This document shows positions 39,818 to 47,156 of a stretch of 60,197 nt of DNA, in pieces (positions within the stretch are counted from its first letter, which is position 1; every line of letters begins with the position of its first letter). The translations under genes and the position numbers were made by a program. This DNA is from a virus (lineage: Duplodnaviria > Caudoviricetes), in the IMG/VR virus record IMGVR_UViG_3300025137_000038, positions 1 through 60,197 of that record; one strand, 5' to 3'. The notes under the pieces are model-generated. The model was given only the letters and a program-made list of their open reading frames with translations. It searched no databases and was not told the DNA's origin.

Positions 39818-40270
39818 TTAAGCGTCTTCTGTGAAGTCTGTATCGTCTGTACCTGATGCAGTATCGTCGTCACCTGCTTCTTCAAACTGTACTGCTCCAT
39901 CTGAACCTGAAACTGTGAAGTTCCATGGCTTAGATAAACCGTCTAATGCGTTAGATCCAGTAGCACTTGGTTTTGCTAGTGTTACTTTACGTCCTGCAAT
40001 TTTAGATACACCATAAGTTTCACCATCATCACCTTTTACAGAAATTGTCATTTCTGTACCAGTAACTGCGGCTGGTAGTTTACCAGTTACAAGTGTACGA
40101 GTGTATGCAGTACCAGGTGTTCCAGTTGCTTTAACTGAAAACTTTTTACTACCTAGTTGCTTTGCGATATATCCTTCAACAACGGCTGAACCGTTATGAA
40201 AGTTTACTTTAATTTCATTGCCACCTGCAGTAGGTACGCCGAAAAATCTTTTGTTTATTGGTCTTCCCAT
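39818..40270 (-). CDS. Probable capsid-associated structural protein
   Basis: 150 aa with its own TATAAATA promoter, strong RBS AAAGGAG and terminator; near the major capsid gene. Confidence 0.65.
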   Translation of the reverse strand: MGRPINKRFFGVPTAGGNEIKVNFHNGSAVVEGYIAKQLGSKKFSVKATGTPGTAYTRTLVTGKLPAAVTGTEMTISVKGDDGETYGVSKIAGRKVTLAKPSATGSNALDGLSKPWNFTVSGSDGAVQFEEAGDDDTASGTDDTDFTEDA

Positions 40271-40344
40271 TTTATTTCTCCTTTGTTACGTTCTATGTAA
40301 TACGAGGATGGCTCCCCATAAACTTATCTTATGATAAGCACTAC

Positions 40345-40352
40345 TATTTATA
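40345..40352 (-). promoter_or_regulatory. Late promoter TATAAATA
   Basis: Exact consensus, followed by a hairpin-rich leader. Confidence 0.75.
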
Positions 40353-40508
40353 CTATATACCTTGAAGTTTTGGATTGTTTGGTGCTAGTATATTCTTTTC
40401 AGCTCGGGGTCTTGACAGTGGTCTCTCCATTTGCTTTTTATGGATAGCCTTGTGTGCCAATTTTGTTTGTATTTTTTTACGAGCCGCTTCGAAGTCTCTA
40501 TGATTCAT
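40353..40508 (-). CDS. 51-aa basic peptide downstream of the glutamine riboswitch (IF7/GifA-like candidate)
   Basis: MNHRDFEAARKKIQTKLAHKAIHKKQMERPLSRPRAEKNILAPNNPKLQGI*; RBS AAGGAG 7 nt before the ATG; below the ORF-track length cutoff. Confidence 0.75.
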   Translation of the reverse strand: MNHRDFEAARKKIQTKLAHKAIHKKQMERPLSRPRAEKNILAPNNPKLQGI

Positions 40509-40533
40509 AACACTTCTCCTTTTTACAGTTAAA

Positions 40534-40582
40534 GTGCGTTCCTTCGCTTATGCTACTTCCGTCCTATAATAGGATGAACGTA
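40534..40582 (-). ncRNA. Glutamine riboswitch, glnA-motif class
   Basis: - strand: CGUUCA-UCCUA(UUA)UAGGA-CGGAAGUA-GC(AUAA)GC-GAAGGAACG-CAC. This is the three-way junction P1 CGUUC/GAACG, P2, E-loop (AGUA/GAA) and P3 of the glnA RNA consensus. Confidence 0.88.
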
Positions 40583-40586
40583 TTAA

Positions 40587-40594
40587 TATTTAGT
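40587..40594 (-). promoter_or_regulatory. Late promoter box ACTAAATA driving the riboswitch
   Basis: T4 late geometry predicts +1 at 40581, one nt before the aptamer P1. Confidence 0.65.
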
Positions 40595-40605
40595 CCAAAT
40601 TTAGT

Positions 40606-40634
40606 CAAAAAGAAAGGCCCCGGAGGGCCTTTCT
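40606..40634 (-). terminator. Intrinsic terminator of the major capsid transcript
   Basis: Same 10-bp stem as 30243-30266, with UCCG loop and U-tract. Confidence 0.9.
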
Positions 40635-40682
40635 AATATTGTCATGTTAGTTAACAATAATATCCAAAAAGGATAATATCTA

Positions 40683-41930
40683 TTAACTGAATGATGGGTT
40701 AGCGATTGTTACTCTACCAACATAATCAGCCGCGTTACCTAGTGAACTTGCAGTTTGTGAAAGTTCAGCATAACCGTAACGTGTCATGAAGCCAACTAGT
40801 GGCTCTAATGTTGCTGGATCAAGTACTACACCTGAGCTCATTAGTGGAACGTATGGGCAGTAAAAAGCCGCCGCATCAGATTCACTTGAACCTTTGTAAC
40901 CAACAAGAACTGCTTCGCTGTCAGCCGCATAACTGTCAACATAGATTCTCATAGCACTGTTTAAAGTACCTACAAATTTAGTATTTGTTGGTGCTTCAAA
41001 AGTACCTTCAGTTGTTCTTGCGAACGCTGAAGTTGATGCACTTTGTAACATTGTTAATGCAGTTGGAGAAACAACAGCCCAGTTACCTGCGCCACGTCTT
41101 GTTCTCTGTGCGATTTTGTTACTTACTCTGTTGATTGCTACAGCCAAAGCCGCGTGTTCATCACCTACGTAAGTAGCAGTTCCGCTAACAGCCGCTTGGT
41201 CATATGCTTCAGTGTTTGCACCAAAGGCAGTTGAACCAGCCGCCGCTAAAGTTCTTAAAGAACCTAGAACTTCTTGATCGATTTCTGCAGTAATCTCTTG
41301 AGCTAATGCCGCCATGATTTCTGCTTCAACATCAATACCTTGTTGGCTTTGAGCGTCTTGAGCCGCTTCAAAAGTCCAACGAGCTGATAATCTACGTGTT
41401 TTCGCTTCTACAGTTTGACGTAGAATTTCGATTGACATAGTGTTACCAGGTACACCTTCTAAGTATCCTGATGCAGTAGTACCACCGGCTTTTAAGCCTG
41501 CCGCACTTTCTGTACCTGAATAACCAGCGGCTATATCTTTTGGAGATAGAGCTTCGTCGCCAGCACCTAGGTTTGTACCGTCATTTGTTGTTGCCTGGAT
41601 GGCATTACCATCTGCAGGGTTAATTGTATTTGCTGAGTTATATTTCACTCTCAACGTGTGGATTTGAGCAATCGGACCTTGCATAGGCTGTACACCAACA
41701 ATTTCGTTTGCGATAACTGTAGGCATTACACGTCTAATTACGGGTAAAATTACTTTGTTTAATTGTGCTACACCACCTGCCGCTGTTGCGCCACTAGTTG
41801 CCGCCTCTGTTAAGTGGCGTTTAGTGTTTTCAAGTATGGTAGCCATTGTCTTGCGACGAGTACCTTGAAGACCCTCTAAAAGAGCATCTTTAGTATTGTC
41901 CCAACGACCTTCTGCTAAAATATCAGACAT
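40683..41930 (-). CDS. gp23: Major capsid protein (gp23-like)
   Basis: ILPVIRRVMP...IVGVQPMQGP, VEAKTRRLSARWTFEAAQD, EITAEIDQE, FYCPYVPL, FMTRYG. Confidence 0.97.
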   Translation of the reverse strand: MSDILAEGRWDNTKDALLEGLQGTRRKTMATILENTKRHLTEAATSGATAAGGVAQLNKVILPVIRRVMPTVIANEIVGVQPMQGPIAQIHTLRVKYNSANTINPADGNAIQATTNDGTNLGAGDEALSPKDIAAGYSGTESAAGLKAGGTTASGYLEGVPGNTMSIEILRQTVEAKTRRLSARWTFEAAQDAQSQQGIDVEAEIMAALAQEITAEIDQEVLGSLRTLAAAGSTAFGANTEAYDQAAVSGTATYVGDEHAALAVAINRVSNKIAQRTRRGAGNWAVVSPTALTMLQSASTSAFARTTEGTFEAPTNTKFVGTLNSAMRIYVDSYAADSEAVLVGYKGSSESDAAAFYCPYVPLMSSGVVLDPATLEPLVGFMTRYGYAELSQTASSLGNAADYVGRVTIANPSFS

Positions 41931-41954
41931 TTTTTTAGTCTCCTAATTATTTTT

Positions 41955-43043
41955 TTAGTTTAGTCCCGCTAGACGCTTAATTTCAATGATATTGCCCTCA
42001 TCTTGTGCGTTAGTGGTTGTTGTTTTATTCCCCGTTACTTCTTTGGATTCAGATAAAACTTCTTTATCAGATGCTTTAACCTGGTTCTTCAAAACCGCCG
42101 GTAAATATTTGTTAAAAGTTCCATCAAGTTTATCAGTAATTACGTTTTCAAGTAAATCTTGCATAACTGTTTTCTGATCTTTGCTTAATGGAGCCATCAT
42201 TTCGTTTAACTTTTGATCACGGACAATGCGATCGTTGATTTTACGAATTTCTGCTTCTTTGCTTTCAACTAAAGTTGATTTCGTTTCAGCGTCTTTTTTC
42301 GATTCATCTAATTGTTTTTTAACTTCTGTTACTTCGTCTTGCATTTTTTTAATATCAGCATTTTCATTCAAATGTGATGTTGCAAACTCAGAAGCAAAAG
42401 TTTCAAACAACTTGCGTCCGAAATTATTTTGACGTGCTTGTTCGATATCTTCTTTAAGTTGAGTCAACTCGTTGTTAAGATTCTTAACGACTGAATCCTT
42501 CACTAATTTGCTTGAACGTTCTACAAATTTCTCTTTTAAGTTAGTTAATTGTTTCTTGCCTTCTGCAACAAGTTTAACTCTAGTTTCGACAACCGCTTCC
42601 TTATCTTTGTGGAATTCTGCGATTTCTTCTGCTAGTGCTTTAACAACAAACTTTTGTAACTTATCAAGTGTTTCTGCTTGAACCTTACGATCCTCATTTA
42701 GTTCGCTTAATTCAGCACTTAATTTAGATATCATAAAGTTTTTAACTTTATCAGTTTGTTCATTCATTTTTACATTGAATTTCACTCTATCTTCTTCTAG
42801 TGCCTTGCGTTCTTCTGCAATCTTTTCAAGTTCTTTAGTTAAGTTTTCATTCACCATTTTGTCAAGACTCTCAACCATAGTATTTTTGTCATGCTCATAA
42901 CGACGTGAAAATTCATCACGTAACTCACCGCGGATCTCTTCCCTAGTTTCATTTAACTTGGTTTCCCAAGCCTCCTGAATTTCAGTCTTAGTTTCCTCGT
43001 TGACTATACCGCTATCTAGCAATGGTTTGAGTGCGTCAAACAT
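41955..43043 (-). CDS. gp22: Prohead core scaffolding protein (gp22-like)
   Basis: Coiled-coil protein between protease and MCP; ATG at 43043 with AGGAG 9 nt upstream; ends IKRLAGLN. Confidence 0.85.
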   Translation of the reverse strand: MFDALKPLLDSGIVNEETKTEIQEAWETKLNETREEIRGELRDEFSRRYEHDKNTMVESLDKMVNENLTKELEKIAEERKALEEDRVKFNVKMNEQTDKVKNFMISKLSAELSELNEDRKVQAETLDKLQKFVVKALAEEIAEFHKDKEAVVETRVKLVAEGKKQLTNLKEKFVERSSKLVKDSVVKNLNNELTQLKEDIEQARQNNFGRKLFETFASEFATSHLNENADIKKMQDEVTEVKKQLDESKKDAETKSTLVESKEAEIRKINDRIVRDQKLNEMMAPLSKDQKTVMQDLLENVITDKLDGTFNKYLPAVLKNQVKASDKEVLSESKEVTGNKTTTTNAQDEGNIIEIKRLAGLN

Positions 43044-43048
43044 TTTGG

Positions 43049-43684
43049 TCAACTCCTTAATTTAAGTTCATTGATAAGGTTTACAACCTCATCTTTTAAA
43101 AATTTTTGCACACGAGCATCTTCTTTGGCCTCTGCCGCAACACCTAAAATTTTATGTCCATTTTTCATGTTCATTAAACCTTCGTATATTGCAGTTGGGT
43201 AGGCATTTGGTGCACTCGGTTGTGCAACTACGTCTACTGTGACGATTTCGAAACCGGAAACCTCTCCGGTGTTATCATTGACTTCGCCGCTTCCGCGACT
43301 TGATACTCCCAATTTGACACCGCTTTCTAGCATTGTTCGTACTAGTTGACCCATCGGTGTTGGGAGAATTTTTAATTTACCATAACCATTTGGACCATCC
43401 ATCCACATTTCTGAAATCATGTGGCAAACTCGATCCAAGTTTATTTTTAAATCGTCGGGATGGTCTACTTCTCCTAATACTGAGTTACCTTCTGTAATCT
43501 GTTCGTTAAGAGCCGTAACCGCCGTCGCTATTTGGTCAACTGGGTACATTCTTTGGTTGTGATTCTTTACACCACCTTGAATACAAATGCCTTTAAGGAA
43601 TAAATCCTTTCCATCATTCGCACTTTCTGTAACCATTTTTGCCTGGTCGTAAGTTAAGTTCTCTTTTAGATACATTGAGCTCAT
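43049..43684 (-). CDS. gp21: Prohead protease (gp21-like)
   Basis: NHNQRMY, GEVDHP, TPMG, GVSSRGSG, DVVAQPSAPNA. Confidence 0.95.
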   Translation of the reverse strand: MSSMYLKENLTYDQAKMVTESANDGKDLFLKGICIQGGVKNHNQRMYPVDQIATAVTALNEQITEGNSVLGEVDHPDDLKINLDRVCHMISEMWMDGPNGYGKLKILPTPMGQLVRTMLESGVKLGVSSRGSGEVNDNTGEVSGFEIVTVDVVAQPSAPNAYPTAIYEGLMNMKNGHKILGVAAEAKEDARVQKFLKDEVVNLINELKLRS

Positions 43685-43708
43685 CGGTATTAATCCTTTA
43701 TTAAGTTA

Positions 43709-44482
43709 TTATACTTTCTTAACGTCGGGTTTAGTAGTCATTCCCATATCTACTGGCTTTGGTGCAGGTTTACTTGCATCAGTGCCTTTAGATACTTTCA
43801 TTCCACCTTTTTGTTGCTTTGCAACGGATGAAACTTTATTATCTGCGTGATCTGCCGTGTCCGGTTTTGGAGCCGCTTCAAGTTTACTTTCGTCAACTTT
43901 TTCTTCGTCTTCCGCAACGTCTTCACTTGCTTCTTCAGTTACACCTTCATCAGATGCTTCTTTAGTTGCTTCTTCTACTGCTTCGTCAGTGTCTTCTGCT
44001 TTCGCTTCTTCTACTGCTTCTCCAGTTTCTGCTACTGCTTCTTCCATTTCTGGCTCTTCTGCAGGTGCTTCGTCATCAGCAGAGTCATCTTTGTTTAATA
44101 ACTCTTCAAATTCTTTTTGAAGTTCAGCAATATTGTCTTCTAAATCAACAACACGATCTTCTAGTTCTTCATCTTCTGCTTCCGGAGATTCAGCGCCTGC
44201 TTCTGGCTCCATACCCATTTCCGCTTCTAATTCATCACCAGCGTCTTCCATGTCACCATCTTCTGGTTCCATTTCAGAAATGCCTTCTTCATCTGCTTTA
44301 ATGTCCTGTTCGAAGTCTTTCACTTCGTCTTGTGATACTTTTTCTTCTAAATCTTCTTGAGATATAAGATTTTCATAAATCTCACGTGAGTTCTCAATAA
44401 CGATTTCATGAAACAAGTCACTTGCTTTTGTTTCTTCTTCGTTGACAATATAGTCAACTAGTTGTTTCCATTTGTCGCTCAT
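43709..44482 (-). CDS. Highly acidic prohead core/internal protein
   Basis: Likely start MSDKWKQ at 44482 (RBS AGGAG); Glu-rich with repeated VEEA; sits between portal and protease like T4 gp67/gp68. Confidence 0.7.
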   Translation of the reverse strand: MSDKWKQLVDYIVNEEETKASDLFHEIVIENSREIYENLISQEDLEEKVSQDEVKDFEQDIKADEEGISEMEPEDGDMEDAGDELEAEMGMEPEAGAESPEAEDEELEDRVVDLEDNIAELQKEFEELLNKDDSADDEAPAEEPEMEEAVAETGEAVEEAKAEDTDEAVEEATKEASDEGVTEEASEDVAEDEEKVDESKLEAAPKPDTADHADNKVSSVAKQQKGGMKVSKGTDASKPAPKPVDMGMTTKPDVKKV

Positions 44483-44517
44483 TCTTATACTCCTATTAGG
44501 ATAGTTATCGGTAATAT

Positions 44518-44525
44518 TATTTAAG
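44518..44525 (-). promoter_or_regulatory. Late promoter box CTTAAATA (head operon)
   Basis: TAAATAATA upstream of the core/protease/scaffold/MCP genes. Confidence 0.6.
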
Positions 44526-44617
44526 GTAAATGTGTAGAAAAGGGGTCGAAAAGGTGAAATATTAGTAGTTTTTCGATATCTCAATTAGATATACCGAAAA
44601 TTCGACCTTGTTAACGG

Positions 44618-44836
44618 TTATAAACCGCCTGCATCGGAGTTATCACCTGCTCCGTATTGGGCTTTTACTTTTTGTAATTTAGCAAATGCCTCAAATTTTT
44701 TGGCTTCTTTAATACGTCTAAGTTTATTGATCTGCTCTAAAGTCAACTTGACTTTACGAGTATCACCAATAATTAGTGTACTTTGATCGTCTTCAACCGA
44801 GTAACGGTTCTTTGTAAATAAATCGTTTAAGTCCAT
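44618..44836 (-). CDS. Small hypothetical head-region protein
   Basis: 72 aa, DTRKVKLTLEQINKLR...QYG; late box 7 nt upstream. Confidence 0.65.
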   Translation of the reverse strand: MDLNDLFTKNRYSVEDDQSTLIIGDTRKVKLTLEQINKLRRIKEAKKFEAFAKLQKVKAQYGAGDNSDAGGL

Positions 44837-44843
44837 GATATAG

Positions 44844-44851
44844 TATTTACC
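44844..44851 (-). promoter_or_regulatory. Late promoter box GGTAAATA (near-leaderless)
   Basis: GGTAAATA-CTATATC-ATG. Confidence 0.6.
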
Positions 44852-45398
44852 TTTTATTAAAAAATATATTAAAAGACAAACTAATTCGTGTGTCTTGTGT
44901 AGTGTTTCTATTTACCCCGTGTTTCAGATATCCAGGAAATAATAATAATTTGCCTATATGTGAAGGGTGTTTCCATGTTTGTCCAGAAAACAATGTTGAC
45001 GAATCTGCTTGTACAGTTGGGTTATAAAACACTATATCGCCGTCTTTGTTGTTTGTTTGAAAATAATAAACACCAGAAAGGTCTGCATTTCCGTGACAAT
45101 GTATATGTCCATAGTCATCAGGTTTGTATACTGATACCCAAGATTCAATCTCATAGGGCATTTCAGTTCCTAAGAATTCTTTTATGTTATGATTTAAAAA
45201 CGTTTTAAAGGACGTTAGAGAATACTGCTCTATAATATTATTAGACAGTTTTGATACTTGGTGAGTTTTGCCCCATTGCTCTTTGTACTCAATGGGAATT
45301 TCGTCTACTACTCTTCGTAATTCATATTGTATATCTGCTAAATCAGAACCTTCTGCAATAGCAATATAAAGAGGAGATGGAAAGATATTTTCAATCAT
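44847..45398 (-). CDS. 2OG-Fe(II) oxygenase (TIGR02466-like)
   Basis: IFPSPLY...SWVSVY...HCH...LSGVYY...LFPGYLKHGV...RISLSFN. Confidence 0.88.
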   Translation of the reverse strand: MIENIFPSPLYIAIAEGSDLADIQYELRRVVDEIPIEYKEQWGKTHQVSKLSNNIIEQYSLTSFKTFLNHNIKEFLGTEMPYEIESWVSVYKPDDYGHIHCHGNADLSGVYYFQTNNKDGDIVFYNPTVQADSSTLFSGQTWKHPSHIGKLLLFPGYLKHGVNRNTTQDTRISLSFNIFFNKR

Positions 45399-45409
45399 TC
45401 CTTTTTACC

Positions 45410-47101
45410 TTATAAGTTGATGTCTTCGCCGCCTGCGTCACCTGTGTCGTCTGCAACATCTAAGTCGTCAGCACCGCCTTCGCCGCCTTCTGGCTCTGCA
45501 AGATCAGTTCCTAAACCGCCTGGTGTAACTCCAACACTTCGTAAATCTTCACCTACTGTTTGTTGTGCATCAGTTGTTCCGTTTTCTTCTGCCCACAGTT
45601 TATCATTTTCTGCTAGTTCTTCTTCACTAATTCCTAAGAAACGTTTAAGCATAAATCGTTTGCTCAAATAAGGTGTCTGTGATAAACTAGAGAATAAAGT
45701 TGCACGTTGGTTATCAAGTTCTGCTTGTCTGTATGCCGCAAAGTTTTGAGGTTCATTCATACGCAACTCAAACATACTGCTATCGATATTATAACCTTTC
45801 CAGTTTAAGTACATTTTAAATTCATGGTCAAATGTAGTTGACACTGTAGATTGTAAACGTTTACAGTATTGATTAAATCTGTATTCTTGAATTAACGCAG
45901 TTCCTACTCTACCATCACTTGCAACTGAACTTCCGTCCTCTGCTCCTGTTGGCAAATAAGAACTTGGTATTCTTAATCCTCTAAACAACTTATTAGTAAA
46001 GTATTTTAAGTCATCAATCTCACCTAAGTTTGTTCCACCTGGTAATGTTTCAACTTTACTTCCTCTACCTTCAGCAGTTTGTGGGAAGAAATAATCTTCG
46101 TTAATTGATAATGGATTATATGTAGCATCCATCATACTTCCTGATCCACCACCTTGAGTTGGAATTCTACGTTGGTGAATTTCGTTTTTAACTCTGTTTA
46201 CATATCCCATTGCCATATGTGCTGGCATATTACCTACGTCAATATAAAACACTCTACGTTCAGGTGCTCTTTGTACTCTGTAAATAATAATTGCGTCTTC
46301 TAATAATTCTTTTTGTTTGTATACTTTAAATACACTTTCTAAAACACTAATACCAAATGGCCAATTAGGATCTAAACCTTCTGTTAAACTAATGTGTACA
46401 ATGTGACTGGCATCGATTGCCATTTCATTTTGTGTTGTACTAAATCTTGTTCCACCAGATGTTGCTGAATTTAAGTTATAGATATTATCTTGACCAGCAA
46501 CTGCACCATCTCCACCTGACTGTCTTCCAGATTTTAAATCACTATGTTGAGGTTGCGTTACTGTTAAAGTTTCAAAGTTAGGATTAGCATTTTTAATTAC
46601 ATACTGCTCCGGCTTTTTACCTTTACTTTCGTTTACAATAACTTTAACAATGTCTGCATTGTCTACCCAGTTCCATTGAAACGTTTCTGGGTCTCTAACA
46701 AATACTTGATCTCCGTACTTTAATGTATTACGGAACATTTTAAAAATTCTTTTATCAAAATCGTTTAAACTTACCCAACTGTGAAGTGCTTCTTTAAGAA
46801 CACTTACTTCTGTATCACTTGGTGCATCTTTAAAAAACAAATCAAAAGGTGTACGATTTTCTACGTTTGCTTGAGTGCTAAACTCAGCAAGTATATCTAA
46901 TGCCGCATTAATTTCACTATCACTATCCATTGTTTCGTATTGATTATAACGTTCAACACGATTTGGATGTCCTGTGTATACTTCTGGTAGATGACTTTGA
47001 TAGTTTTTAAAACCTATATCAGCCTGAGAATCCCTAGGCATGGTTACAGATCCTGTCATACTATTAGTATCTACAACTTTAAAATATTTTTTCCAACTCA
47101 T
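45410..47101 (-). CDS. gp20: Portal protein (gp20-like)
   Basis: LLEDAIIIYRVQRAPERRVFYIDVGNMP, EDYFFP, TLPGGTNLGEIDD, LRIPSSYL. Confidence 0.97.
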   Translation of the reverse strand: MSWKKYFKVVDTNSMTGSVTMPRDSQADIGFKNYQSHLPEVYTGHPNRVERYNQYETMDSDSEINAALDILAEFSTQANVENRTPFDLFFKDAPSDTEVSVLKEALHSWVSLNDFDKRIFKMFRNTLKYGDQVFVRDPETFQWNWVDNADIVKVIVNESKGKKPEQYVIKNANPNFETLTVTQPQHSDLKSGRQSGGDGAVAGQDNIYNLNSATSGGTRFSTTQNEMAIDASHIVHISLTEGLDPNWPFGISVLESVFKVYKQKELLEDAIIIYRVQRAPERRVFYIDVGNMPAHMAMGYVNRVKNEIHQRRIPTQGGGSGSMMDATYNPLSINEDYFFPQTAEGRGSKVETLPGGTNLGEIDDLKYFTNKLFRGLRIPSSYLPTGAEDGSSVASDGRVGTALIQEYRFNQYCKRLQSTVSTTFDHEFKMYLNWKGYNIDSSMFELRMNEPQNFAAYRQAELDNQRATLFSSLSQTPYLSKRFMLKRFLGISEEELAENDKLWAEENGTTDAQQTVGEDLRSVGVTPGGLGTDLAEPEGGEGGADDLDVADDTGDAGGEDINL

Positions 47102-47141
47102 ATTATGTTCCTATTTAATGCTTTATTATAACATCTAGTAG

Positions 47142-47149
47142 TATTTATT
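47142..47149 (-). promoter_or_regulatory. Late promoter box AATAAATA (portal)
   Basis: TAAATACTA upstream of the portal gene. Confidence 0.6.
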
Positions 47150-47156
47150 GCAACCG

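Noticed and set aside
14590-44555. CCTTTT-like element ~20 nt upstream of some late boxes (14595, 14629, 38173, 44537)
   Set aside because: Spacing is inconsistent and it is absent at most promoters; cannot be distinguished from chance without statistics.
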